This document shows positions 13,301 through 25,361 of a stretch of 64,000 nt of DNA, in pieces. The position numbers and the translations under genes were made by a program. The notes under the pieces are model-generated. The model was given only the letters and a program-made list of their open reading frames with translations. It had not been told where the DNA came from and ran no database searches. Source of the stretch: Minutocellus sp. GHC0000111 (taxonomy: Eukaryota); assembly GCA_977018835.1 (NCBI GenBank), contig OZ361260.1, positions 1,364,001-1,428,000 of the forward strand, read 5' to 3'. The stretch's first letter is position 1, and every line of letters begins with the position of its first letter.

Positions 13301-15255
13301 TCAATAAAGGCTTGGGGTAATTGAGCAAGGCTGCGGCCGACGACGAAGGTCCAGGTGGGAAAGAAGTTTCCGTCCTGGTGTTTGTAAAATATGCTTCTCT
13401 TGTCAACCTGCTGAGGAGTGGCCAACATCGCCCCGAGCGTCATCATGAGCAAAGTTTGAAAGAGAACGCCAAATATTGCTGATGATGCAGGCGTTTGCCA
13501 GAACACAGTACCAACTATGACCCCCATGACAATGTCTTGAGCCACTTTGGCACGAAGATTGTACGTGTCGCGTCGCCAAAGCAGAAGCTCTCGACGAAAC
13601 ACTAGCCAGATGGACTTGTGCCATGGATTTCGATACTTTTCAGAGAATTCCTTGGCCTTGATAAATCCATAAACCTGATGTTCCAGTGGTTTCTTAATTT
13701 CAATAGCAATTGATCGTCCAAGTTGAGACTTTTGAAATGCATCGGCAAATTCGGCGCTGCTCAAGTGACGGCGATGATCTGCGCCAGGATCTTTGCTGGA
13801 ATTACGAAGAAATTTCGCCCCATCGGCAGTTGGAAGCGATTGCATCCATTCGGCCACATCCATACGTTCCGGCAAGAAATATCCCAGATTTTCAAAATAT
13901 CCAACTGCATCCTCTACCTTGCCACTGTAGATCAACCTACCATTATCCAGTAGAACAAGCTCATCGAACAATGCTACAACTTCAGGAGGGGGCTGGAGGA
14001 GCGTCACGACAGGAATGATGTGCATGAATCTCGTCACACGAGTAAGAAGCTTGACAATATCATAGGTAGTAGCTGCATCCAGACCGGTTGAAATCTCGTC
14101 CAAGCACATTACCGGTGCCGCGTGGGCAATGGTCTCACAAACCGTCACACGCTTCCGTTCACCACCGCTCACACCACGGACCTTGGAATCGTCACCAACG
14201 TATGTGTCCTTAACACGATCCAGACCGACGTTCTTGAGAATGTTATTGATGCGAAACTCCTCTTGATCCATCTTGGCAATGAGAGCCTCGGTCTCGGCAT
14301 TGTCATGATAGTAGGATTTGTGGTGAGTGCCAGCCGCGCGGCAATCGAAGGCGAATCGCAGAGTCTCATAGACCGTGAGCATGGGATGAAGTCTGTCAAT
14401 TTGATCCGTGTACGCCACAAGGCTGGACCAGCAAATGTCGGTGCGGATTGGTCGCTTCCCGTTCAGTGTCACCTTGCCTCCTAGCTTTCGATGAGAATCG
14501 GATCTGAGTAGGTTTGCAATGTACTTGAGAAGAAGAGACTTGCCGCTGGACGGGGAGCCCAGCACAAGATAGGATTTACCGGATGTAAAGCGTAAATTCA
14601 CTCCCGACAATATCTCATTACGCTTGATGGTAGTGCTCTGGGACACACCTTTCCAGCAGCTTGTAATGCCGGTGACGAGCTTGTAGATGGGCGATGAGTT
14701 GAGAATGTTGCTGATGTGAATATCATTGGAAGCGTGCATGCTGTTGCTGCCAGCAATGGAATGGCTGACATTCTGCCCTTCAATATCAAATGCATCGCTA
14801 GCATCGGCAACACGGGCATTGGCACTGGACGAAGACAAGTCATGAGTCTCCTTCCTCGACGTCACATACGACGCATCGTGCAGACGAAGCTCGAATCTGT
14901 TCCCCCCCTCTCCCAAGCTGTGCAGCAACCTCATGATGTGTTCCATGTCTCCATCGTGCGATGCAGCTTGCTCCTGGTCCTGTTGCTGTCGCTTCTGGCA
15001 CTGTTGCTGAAGATAGTGGGTCGATCGACGTCGGTCACGCTGATGAGCCAGGAGAGGCGGTTGGCCCGGTTCCTCGGCGGCATGGATCCGAGCCAGCAGA
15101 CCGGGCGGAACATCGACGCCACGGGTTTGGCACACCTGCAGCAGTTCGCGAATCAATTCATCCTTGCTGACCGCAGGTTCTTGATGATCAGAGTAGATGT
15201 TGGCGTTCGGATTACTGTTACTGTTGCTGCTACTGTTGTTATTCCTACTACTCAT
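10382..15255 (-). CDS. Full-size ABCG / pleiotropic drug resistance (PDR)-type ABC transporter; exons 15255-13107, 12954-12006, 11871-11157, 11032-10382
   Basis: NBD1: GSPSSGKS, VSGGERKRV, LDEISTGLD. NBD2: GSSGAGKTT, LSFEQRKRLSIAVELVANP|SIIFLDEPTSGL. Each NBD is followed by a hydrophobic TMD. Three GT-AG introns restore the frame. Confidence 0.93.
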
Positions 15256-15694
15256 GATGATGTCAACAAAAGGATCCGACCCAGAATCGGAACCGGCTGG
15301 TTCTTATTTGGTGTGGTTGTCAGTGATTGCGCGCGAGTCAAGAGATCGACCTGGCAGATGTTTCGTACGCCGGAAGCTCAAGATGGATTTCTATGTATGC
15401 GATTGTGTTGGAATGTTACCAAGCAAAGATATGAAAGTACGACAAGTGAACGAGCAATACGAGCTGTGCTTCTCGAAGCGGCTTCTGCTTTCACAATCAA
15501 TAATGCATGCAACATGCTTCCTTTGGCTTCGCTGCTCGTCTCTGCCAAACGGCGCCAAAGAGCCTAAGTCAAAGTTCGGCCTACAATCCTAACTCCGAAT
15601 CTTGACAAGCGACGAGGTCCTCACATCACCATCTCTTGACTTACTCGACTCGACTCGACTCTCGTTGAACCCAGCAAAGCTCCATTTTTCAACG

Positions 15695-18359
15695 ATGGTG
15701 GGTCCACGTCGTCCACGGGTGCTACCAGCGACCACGTCGGCCGCAGCGGCCCTGTCCCTGCTGCTCCTGTGCTCGGCCCTCGAGACGTCGGCCGCGGCAG
15801 CGGCGGCAGCAGCACCCGGCGCGGCGTTCGTCGTCCCGTCCGGCCGCAATAATGCGATCGGCGGCAGCGGCGGATTGTTGGTTCCCGGCACTCCGATCTT
15901 CACATGCGTCGAGCAGCAGCAGCAGCAGCAGCAACTTGCAACATGTGCTGGTCGTACCCCCACCTCCACGGCCCTTTCCATGGGACTGCGCTCCTTCATC
16001 AAGCGCAAATTGGGAAAGGGCGAGACCGGCGGTGATTCCAGCAAAGGCAAAAGCTCCAAGAGGGGCGGCACGGACGGCGACGATGCCTCGTCGGGCGATG
16101 CCGCCTCCAGCAGCCAGAGCCGGCCGCCCATCCGGGACATATCGAGCGACGTGTCGGCCCCGTCCCGTCCGGCCGTGACGGCCCAGTCGGGCAGCTCGGT
16201 GCCGTCCACCATCATGGAGACGTTTTCGCCCAAGAAGAAGTCCGGCGGTGGCGACAGCAATAACAAGAAGAAAAAGGGTGCCGCCAAGCGCAGCAGTAGC
16301 GGTGACAGCGACGGAGGCAAGGTCCGGTCCCTGTCCGAGCCCATCCGCCAGGCCCTGCCGGACGCGTCCGACGCGGAAGAGTCGGTCCAGGAGCGCATCG
16401 CCCGGGTCAAGGCGGGCAACATGTCCGAGGAGGAGAAGGAGGCCTTCCTGGCCAGCGCGCTGTACAAAACGCCCCTGCCCCGCGCCGGCGACGGGCGGGG
16501 CGGCAAGCCCATCCGGCAGGCATTGCCCGACGACGATGACGACAAGGATGGCGGCAAGAGCAACCCCACCGACGTGGCCAGCATCCTGGCCTTCGCCAGC
16601 CGGACCGAGCGGGCGCGGAAGGAGGAGCGGGTGTACGGTATTGCTGGTGGTGCTGGTGGTGCCTCCGATGGTGGGGACTCCACCGCCAGGGGCAACGCGG
16701 CCGTCGAACGATTGAACGAGGACGAGAAGAAACGGTTCCTGGATTCCGTCATGAATCCCGACCGGTTCAAGACCTATGGGGTCAATCCTGGCGTTGGGGT
16801 GGTGGACGAGCCGCCGGCTGCTATTCCTGCTGCTCCTGCTGCTGCGGCTGCGCCACCACCTTCAAGTGGCAAAAGCCAGGAGGTTGAGGAGGCCAGCAAT
16901 ATCGATGGCGACGGCGAGGCAGTACCGGAAAAGTCCGGAGGTGGTGGTGGCGGAATCGGCAGCATCTTTGGCGGCGCGGGGGGACTTGCCGATCGGCTCG
17001 AGGCGGCCGCCCACGCCAGGGAGAAGGACGAGCAGGAGAAGCGGGAACGCGCCGAGCGGGAGGCCAGGGAGCGCCGGCTGCAGATGGAGGAAGAGCTGCG
17101 GGCGAGGGAGGCCGAGTTGGCTCGGAAGCTGGAGGAAGAGCAGCAGCGGAAGAAGGAGGAAGAGGAGCGGCGCAAGGCGGAGGCAGAGGCCGCCGCGAGG
17201 GCCGAACGGGAGCGGCTGGAGGAGATGCAGCGCAAGCAGGACGAATACTGGGCCAAGAAGCTCGAAGAGGAGGCTCGGAAGAGGGAGGAGCGATTCACGG
17301 CCGAGCAGCGCGAGGAGGAGGCCCGGATCGAGAGGGAGGAGAGGGAGAAGGCTGCCAAGGATTTGGAACACAGGGCCCGGGAAGATTTGGAGCGGGCCCG
17401 GATCCGAGAGGAAGAACGACTTCGAGAAGATCCTCATGAAAGCGACATATTGCAGGAGGTACGTATGCAAATCATGCTGTGAAAGGTTCTGCTGGATATT
17501 GTATGATCTTACATATATGTAACGTTTTGTGTGCTGCAGATTGGCTCATCATTGGCCTCCGTTTCTCGTGAATCTATTGGTCTTCTGGCAGTCACGAAAC
17601 GATGCATTGAAAGATCGGCAATTTACGCGCGCCATCATGGACGATACCGCTGGGCTGCCCTCCCGGCAACCAGCAGCAGACGTCTCGTCGTCGGCATTTG
17701 TTAACGAACAGCAAAAGAAGCAAGCCGAGGTCGATCGCTTAAAGAAGGAGCAGGAGGACCGCCTCAGGGCATTGAACTCACCACTTCCCTCTCTGGGTTC
17801 GCCACCACGTGTGATACCACCATCTCCAGCACCAATGCCGATGAACACTCCATCTTCGGCCAAGAGCCTATCAGAGCTCTCGTCTCTTCTCAATGGGCCC
17901 ATCCCAGCTGCAGCTGATCCACCGGCGACTCCTCCGCCCCCACCCGCACCTGCATCGCCCTTGCCAAGTTTGGCAGAAATGACTAGATTGAAAAAGGATG
18001 ACCCTCCATCGTCTCCTCTTCCCAGCCTATCCGAAATGACTAGATTGAGAAAGGACAGCGATACTGGTGCTCGCAGTAATAGCGGAGCAGCAGCACCGAC
18101 AGCCCCTGGAGGAGGCAGACGAGTTGTTCGACAGCAGTTGCCCATGTTAGATGATGACGATGATGTCGACTATGACGGCGATGACTATCTTCGCAACGGA
18201 CCGAATGTTGGCATGTCTATCGGGGACGTTATGAAGAACATTGGTCAAAAGAAGTCCGAAGATGATGGTGGGAGCAGCAGCGGCGGCGGACAAACAGATG
18301 CCGAGAAGAAGGCGATGATGTGGGGAATCGACATGAGTAAGTACAATGATCTGGACTAG
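15695..18359 (+). CDS. Hypothetical low-complexity / coiled-coil protein, probably plastid-targeted; exons 15695-17458 and 17592-18359
   Basis: Long ORF with GC-rich third codon positions. A hydrophobic signal peptide is followed by AAFVVP. Contains an E/R/K-rich helical stretch. Intron 17459-17591 (GTACGT...GGCAG) joins in frame. Confidence 0.75.
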
Positions 18360-18890
18360 TTGGCTCTAGCTAGATCTACCGGAACCTGATGTACTTGGAG
18401 ACTCGATGCCAGGTAGACTTCAGTAGAACTACATACGCCGTTGCTGGTCGGGTAGATCTACTATTGTGTAGAGGGAATCACCATCAACATCAAGGTGCGT
18501 TCGTGCATTTTATTTTCATCCCAGGGGGGAGCTCCTTTTAAAAATTAAAGAACAATACGTATGTGTGTGCAAGTTGTTGTCGATCAATTAGGAATCCTAT
18601 CACCGACCGGTAACTCCCAGTTTCTCGGCATTCTTTGCCGATTTGTACCGTACTACATGTACGAAGTCCGTTTCGCGAGAAATCGAGCGCAGGGCCGGGA
18701 CCAAAAAATGTCGATTTTTGGGCCCGCAACCCGGACACGGACACATGCATGTAAAGCCGGAACCATCAAAACTGACAAGAGAGCACTACACATGCATGTA
18801 CGGCATGTGTGTGTAGTAGCACAAATATAGCTCGAATCTAAATAATCTAGTATTATTTTAAACATAACATAACTTAAAAGCACCGCAGGA

Positions 18891-19705
18891 CTAATTATCC
18901 ATGGTTGGATCAGCAGGAGGAGGAGCGATAATTTTCCCATCTATCCGAACCATGCAATTTTCAGTCGGCCTGAAATCCTTTCGCACCCCAACATGAATGC
19001 CTTCACCGTTTCCAAGAAAATCATTGTTGCCTTTTGCAACCATTACCTTCTTTGCAATTCTATGAGCCTGGATGTATGCCGATGCGATCTTCCAGTTTTC
19101 CAGCCCCATCCAAACTTCCTCCGCTGCATCCCAAGTCTGATCTTCTGTCAAAACCTTCAGCCCCTCCCGATCGCGGCTCAACATTGTATGCCGCTTTGAC
19201 ATGCAAGGGAAAACAGACAGATCAAGAACATTCATATGGGGCATTTGCGGGGCCTGAGGTTCCCAACGCCATCCCTTGTCCCGACAGTATCCTTCCACAT
19301 ATTCCACAAATTCAGTCTCGGCATGGGGCCCAGCATTGTCGCCCTGAAAAATAGGGACATAGCCTTCAAACTTTCCACCAGGTCCGACCAAAGCCTCAAC
19401 ATCCGGAAACATCTTGTTCTCAAATAAAGCTTTCAGTGGGAACTTGGGATTATCAAGGGTGCCATGGCTGCATCCAGTCACCGCGCAATCCACAAGGTAT
19501 AGATCGTCTTTCTTCCGAACCACCGGGCCGCAATATTTGATTCTACCATCTGCCTGCCGCACCGCCTCCCTTACCATCTGCCTCGCAATTTTATGCGCCT
19601 GAGCCCGAAAAAGTCCAAGCTTGAACGCAATGCCGCCATTCTCAATGCTGTCAAAAAAACCGTGCACCATGCTCTGAAATGGACAGCACCGAATAGTCCA
19701 CCATT
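18891..19705 (-). pseudogene. Truncated mariner-like transposase lacking the central region with the first catalytic Asp
   Basis: The C-terminal half is nearly identical to the protein at 57465-58226. The MFDEKWF segment is absent because of the internal deletion. Confidence 0.85.
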
Positions 19706-19872
19706 GCCTGCTCCCTGCACTTGGCAATTGCAAAGAGACATGGTGCAGTATACCGCCGGGTCGCCGTTGCAAGATCGTCGATGACAGAACGGAAGGCGGC
19801 CGAATCAGATGAATCATCGGCACTCGTTGGGAAGCAGTATACCGGTCCAAGTATGCCGATCGCGTCATCGAA

Positions 19873-20322
19873 ATGCTCAGCTTCGACTTCCGCCCGAGAC
19901 ACAAATGGATTGAACACATGCTCACCGCTGTCTTGGCCATCATCATTGACCAGGAGAAAACTCTCAAGATTGACGGGCCCGAGGATTTTGAGAAGCACAT
20001 GCTCCTCAATGTCGTCAGTCGACTCGTCTGCCGGGCGATAAGGGCCGAGAACATGCCCCTCGACATGGATGATGTCGTGGCAATAACTGAATCGGTGTAC
20101 GACAAGGCCGCGGAGATGTTCCACTCCTCAGTTACCTTCATCTACAAGTTCAACGGCGTGAAGCGGGAGCTAAAGAAGCTCAAGCTCATCCCGGATTGGC
20201 TGTGGTGCGAGATCCGGGACGAATGCATCGTACTGCCGATCCGAGGCGAGTATCATGCCATCGTTCAAGATGAAGACGAGATGGAGGCCGAACCGTCGCG
20301 TCGCACGAACGCGTCCATTTGA
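19873..20322 (+). CDS. 149-aa ORF inside the transposon, divergent from the transposase; function unknown
   Basis: Protein-like composition and GC-rich third positions. The stop is followed by an AT-rich tail before the TIR. Also present in copy 2, where a 5-bp deletion splits it. It could be an antisense shadow of the opposite frame. Confidence 0.5.
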   Translation: MLSFDFRPRHKWIEHMLTAVLAIIIDQEKTLKIDGPEDFEKHMLLNVVSRLVCRAIRAENMPLDMDDVVAITESVYDKAAEMFHSSVTFIYKFNGVKRELKKLKLIPDWLWCEIRDECIVLPIRGEYHAIVQDEDEMEAEPSRRTNASI

Positions 20323-23248
20323 TTAGAGCCGCTGAAATCTAAAGTCTTATCCGAATTATTGTTTCACATGAAGATAAATCAAAATTAGAGTAAAAATAGC
20401 CATTTTCTTAAATATTTCAGCATGACTACTCTTCGAGGCGCTTTTCAATCCCCTCGAAAGCAGTCAAAAACCGGGCGCTCGATTTCTCGCGAATCTGACC
20501 TCGTACACGTGTGTGTGCTCTAGCTAGATCTCTAGATCTAGCTACGTAGCTACGTAGTAGGATTGTCATCTTGAGGAGAGAAGACAAGATGGGTAGTTGA
20601 CCGCACATGTAATGCCGATGATTCGTTAGTCTACAAAGCCAAGTCTTGATCTGTTGCAAAGAGACGAGCCTCGCCCCCACTACACAGCCAGCAAATGCAC
20701 GACGCTGCACATGTAGGCACCACCTTTGACCCTCGTTTCAAAGACGGAAGAATTGTACCCGGCATGCCGAGAATAATTGAAAAACGGACGAATTGTACAT
20801 TCATGGCATTCGCCCCAGCAAAGCTGACCTTGATGTCGTTGGTCTCACCATGCGATCCGTTGACTAGCTAGCTCTAGAGCAGCAAGACGATTGGCCCCTC
20901 CGCACACATGCATGTGCTGGTGTTAATCCTCTGCCCTACAGACAAGGTGTTGGTCAATGACCTTTTACGGTGCCTTCAGGACATGCCGGCACTCAGCCTT
21001 GTCACACACGGGCTTCTAGATCATGCCACATTGTGCAGCACGCGATTCGATTCACCCCACCGCCTTTTGCTTCACGAAGACATTGTGCCGGGTTGGACAC
21101 ACAGGCTTTGATTGTCGTCTTCATCTCAAAGATTGCGAGAGCGCAAGCTACAGCTCGGCGAAGTTTGGTTGCCGTACGAAATCACTGACTTCAAGACGGC
21201 ATCTTGCTTGCATCTTCAGAAAGATGTGCACGTCGAACATGCATGCAGACCCAATGCATAAGTGTGTGGACATGTGAAGCCAGTGTGTAAGACGAGAGAA
21301 TCAGAGGGGCGAATCCAACCCAAAAGAAGACGCCGAACCCAAGACCGACTTCGCGGGGCGCCAATGATTTGCATTTCTAAGAGGTGGAATGTTAAGGTTA
21401 TAACTTTTCCGGCGCACAATTTTGCACCAAAAAAACGGCCACTCGCAAAACCACATACGCACGCCACCATGGCGGAACTTCACGGGTAGCGACGGTCACC
21501 TTCCCATCACCTTTGCACGTTCATAACACATAATATAAACGGCCACTATCTCTACTTTCACGACATACATCATATCCACCGGTATCTTCTCTTGGCATCG
21601 CGAGCGCTTCTCATTTGTCAGAGTGCCTCGATGCGGCCGATTTCACTACCATTTACTGCTTGGAATACAAGCGCCTTGCTCCAGCTGCGCCACCAATGTT
21701 CCCCATGCCCCTCATTATGTTGGCTGTGGTGTTTGTGAGTAGGGGTGGTGGTTGGCTGTGGTGGATTTGGCCGACGAATGTCGAATCGATTTGATTCGAG
21801 TCATTCCCACGCCACCATTTTCCCTCCACATTTGCATCGGATTCCATCAGGGCCACTTCTCTGCAATGCCAACCGTTTCAAATGTAATGCCGTCTACACA
21901 TGAGTCCATGGCCATCGGTGTTTGTGTTAAGCGAGTAGGGGCATCCTGGCGCTTGTTTAGGCATTACCATTCTGACCGCATTCGTTGGCATGATTCTTTC
22001 GGTCCGTCCCTGAGGAAGAAGACCGATTGCCTCTACTCCTGGAGATAATTTGGCGCCAAGACGAATCCTTCAACTCCTTCAAAGCATGGGCGAACAATAT
22101 TGATTTATTTTGAGATGGTCGATAAAAAAAATACTTGGTAGAGGCGGCTTGATTGGTCGAGAAGAATTCCGTCGCTTTGGGATGAAAATTCAGATTCCGA
22201 CACAGAAACGAACATTTGATGCGGTCATGTTGGAACAAAACGAACACCGGTTTTCATCACAAGAATCCCCACCCAACCGATGAGATACCTTGTTATATCC
22301 CATACCAATGTGATAAAGCATTAAGGGGTGATGATTGAGGCCACAATTGAGCAACAATGTGTTTCTTCATTTTTCATGAAAAGACTTCATCAGTTCTCTT
22401 CGTCTCTTCCAAGTTTGTCCCAACACAGTACCAAGAACAGCTTTGTGTGTGATAAATGCAGTAAATATATTTAGTACAATAATGCACTATTCTAACATGC
22501 TTCTCTTGGTGGTCTGGATTCGAAGAATTAGTACAAGAAGCCCATCATCCTTCCCATCGAAGTGGTGCCAAAATTCCTTCATTTTGCGAAGCCAAGTCCA
22601 AGCAACATGACGCCCCTATCCACGTATGCACACCAACTCAGACGCTCATGCACAACAATATGCAGTCATATTCTCTCTAACAAGGCTCAATGTCGATATC
22701 CATCTCCTCTGCCGACATGTTGACCTGCAATGGGTGGAATAGCGGCACAAGCAGGAACAACCGGCATGGATAAAATGTGTGCGTAAGGGGGCATGCAAAA
22801 ATTGATACCAACACGATCGGCAAACTCGCCAAGCCTCTCAGATGATGGAGAGCGATGTAGTTGATGGGATTGGACTAGAAATAATTGGGTGCCGGGCTCT
22901 ATTCAGACTTTTTGCGCCAAGGCCAAGAGACGAGGCAATTGGGTGGAATTCGTCGTGGAATGACAAAAATGCGATAGTGAAATGATGTGTCAAGATACGC
23001 AAGGAGGAAGATCGACGCGAATTATCGAACCAGATACATATACAACGTAGGTAGAGAGGAAAATGATACTGTAATATGAAAGTAATTGGTGACGCGCTTG
23101 CCGAGTACTGAGACGGCGAATAATGCGTGCCGCCATTGTTCTTCTTGAAAAAAATGACTTGATTTCCCGGGAGCAACTTTCGGGAACAAAGAGTTAAGAG
23201 GTGGAACATTAGTCCCCGGAGGAACAGCGGCAGCGCCGATGCCGGGGC

Positions 23249-24994
23249 ATGTACATCTCGTCGGCCCGGAGGCTGGCGTCGTCGCTGAACAACATCGGGG
23301 CCATGAATCACAAGGGTGGCGAACCCACCGGCGCCCTCGAATCGTACCAGCAGGCCGTCCGAGTACGGATGGACAGTCTTCGCGGTACCGACAACAGCAC
23401 CAACGCCAGCACCAATATCAACGCCACCGTCGGACCGGCCGTCGTCCCTCCCGAACTGGCCGAGGAGATGGTCCATAAATCCCACGAGGCCAAGCTACAG
23501 GAACAGGCCCTGAGGGAGGCGCAGCTTTCCGACCCGAACAGCCTCGCCCACGAACTGTCCGGCCTCGACCTGTTCGATCTGACCGATGGGTCGTCCAACA
23601 ACGGCAATACGTCCGGCGACAACGACCTGGACGACGACGCCATGAACACCGACACCGTCCCCGAGGTCGTCTACACCGACCCCCTGCACATTGTCGACTC
23701 CTCCGCATCGAACATGGACACGGACGACAGTGCCTTCCTCGACTTTGACCAGGAGCACAGCGTCGCCGACGACCACCGCGGTTCGGCCGTCACCCTCTTC
23801 AACATGGGCCTCGTCCATGCAACCAACGGATCCCTCGAGAAGGCCGCCCAGCTCTTCAACATGGCCAAGAGCGTCATCAAGCCGAACGTCGAGCCGGCTT
23901 TGACGGCGTGCATCCTCAACAATCTGGCCCGGGTGCGGTACCAGTCCCACGATCCCACCGAGGCCATCAAGATTTTGACCCGGGCTCTCCATCTCGAGCA
24001 GACCGCCTTTGCCGACCTCGAGGCCAGTAGCACCACCACCGAGAAGGACAACAACAACAACGACAACAAGGTGAAGAAGAGGAAGCAGGCCGTCAGCATC
24101 GAGGCCACCATCATCGACACCCTCAGCCTCATGTCCCGCCTTCACTTTGCCCACGGCGATTCCGCCAAGTCCGTCGAGCTCGGGAGGGAGACCCTGCGCA
24201 TCCGCCGATCGCTGTACGGTGACGGACACCTCTCCGTCTACTGCACCCTGTACAACATCGGCCTGGCCCTCCAGCGCGTCGGCGACGCCGAGGACTCCCT
24301 CCGACACTGCGCGTACTTTGCCTCCCAGTTTGCCACCAGTGGTACCGGCGCTACTGCCGCTACCCTGCAACAGAAGCTGGCCCGCCTCTCCCCCACGGCC
24401 AAGGCGCAGATCGGCACCGCCCTGCACAACGTCGGGGTGATGCAGCTGCACAACGACTCTGTCACCGAATCCGTCAAGACCCTCGAGGCCGCCCTGGCCA
24501 TCCGCCGGGCCGCCCTCCACACCGCACCCGACGAGCTCCATCCCGACGTGGCCGACTCGCAGTACCAGCTCGGCCAGATCCTGCAGAACACCGGCCGGGA
24601 CCGGGAGGCCATGGACTCGTACCGCGAGGCCGCCCACATCTTCCGCCGGACCATCGGCCCGGACCACGAGGACGTCGCCGTCGTCTGCTGCGCCATGGGC
24701 CAGATCCACCAATCCCGCGGCGAGACCGACGAGGCTCTGACCGTCTACGCCGAGGTCCTGCGCATTGCCAAGCTCACCTTCGGCCCCGACGATGGCTTCG
24801 TCGCCGAGGTCCTGCGCATTTTGGGCAACGTCTACCTCGAGCGGGGCGACACCGATGCCGCCATGGAGTGCTTCTCCGAGAGCTCGAGGATACTGGGCCA
24901 AGGGGAGGGCAATGGCGGCGATGGTCAGCAGCAGCCCCTGGTCGTTCCGAGCTTGGCCGGCTTTCAATTTCACCCTCACGCCGCCGCGGCATGA
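23249..24994 (+). CDS. TPR-repeat protein (kinesin-light-chain-like TPRs)
   Basis: Repeated motifs LNNIGA, LFNMGLVH, LNNLARV, LYNIGLAL, LHNVGVM, HPDVADSQYQLG and HEDVAVVCCAMG; strong codon bias. Confidence 0.85.
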   Translation: MYISSARRLASSLNNIGAMNHKGGEPTGALESYQQAVRVRMDSLRGTDNSTNASTNINATVGPAVVPPELAEEMVHKSHEAKLQEQALREAQLSDPNSLAHELSGLDLFDLTDGSSNNGNTSGDNDLDDDAMNTDTVPEVVYTDPLHIVDSSASNMDTDDSAFLDFDQEHSVADDHRGSAVTLFNMGLVHATNGSLEKAAQLFNMAKSVIKPNVEPALTACILNNLARVRYQSHDPTEAIKILTRALHLEQTAFADLEASSTTTEKDNNNNDNKVKKRKQAVSIEATIIDTLSLMSRLHFAHGDSAKSVELGRETLRIRRSLYGDGHLSVYCTLYNIGLALQRVGDAEDSLRHCAYFASQFATSGTGATAATLQQKLARLSPTAKAQIGTALHNVGVMQLHNDSVTESVKTLEAALAIRRAALHTAPDELHPDVADSQYQLGQILQNTGRDREAMDSYREAAHIFRRTIGPDHEDVAVVCCAMGQIHQSRGETDEALTVYAEVLRIAKLTFGPDDGFVAEVLRILGNVYLERGDTDAAMECFSESSRILGQGEGNGGDGQQQPLVVPSLAGFQFHPHAAAA

Positions 24995-25361
24995 GCAGGA
25001 GCAGCAATTTTTCAACCCCCTATCGCCCCCGCTACCTACCGGTACCTACGAACGATCGAACGCGTCTTATCTCGATCCTACCCATTACTATTATTACTTA
25101 TTTTCTATCCCCCATTATACATTATGCACTGTAAAACGAAGCTACATCAGCAACCAAACGCACGTAAGCAAGCAGCTACCCACCGCTCAAAGCTACATCT
25201 AGAGCAATTTCTGTAAAATTAGTTGACTATTCATATCTTATTTTCGCCTACCGGTGCGACTTGTCTCTATTGCTGTAGTAGCTAGCTACGTAGCTACGTA
25301 GATCTACTCATCTCCTTTTTCACTTAATATTAGATCTAGCCTAGCTACTAGCTAGTTAGAT

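Larger units (their letters stand above)
18662..20503 (-). mobile_element. Mariner-like (IS630/Tc1/mariner) DNA transposon, copy 1: both ends present, internally deleted
   Basis: 29-bp imperfect TIRs at 18662-18690 (CGAAGTCCGTTTCGCGAGAAATCGAGCGC) and 20475-20503 (revcomp CGAGGTCAGATTCGCGAGAAATCGAGCGC), 3 mismatches. TA on both sides (18660-61, 20504-05). Transposase motifs FQGDNAGPH and MNVLDLSVF. About 490 bp present in copy 2 are missing at ~19655. Confidence 0.9.

Noticed and set aside
23495..25015. 506-aa antisense ORF opposite the TPR gene (similar long antisense ORFs at 807-1619, 1665-2849, 15589-16770 and 59547-61271)
   Set aside because: These are shadows of genes with GC-rich third positions; they have no domain motifs, and the sense strand has clear homology.
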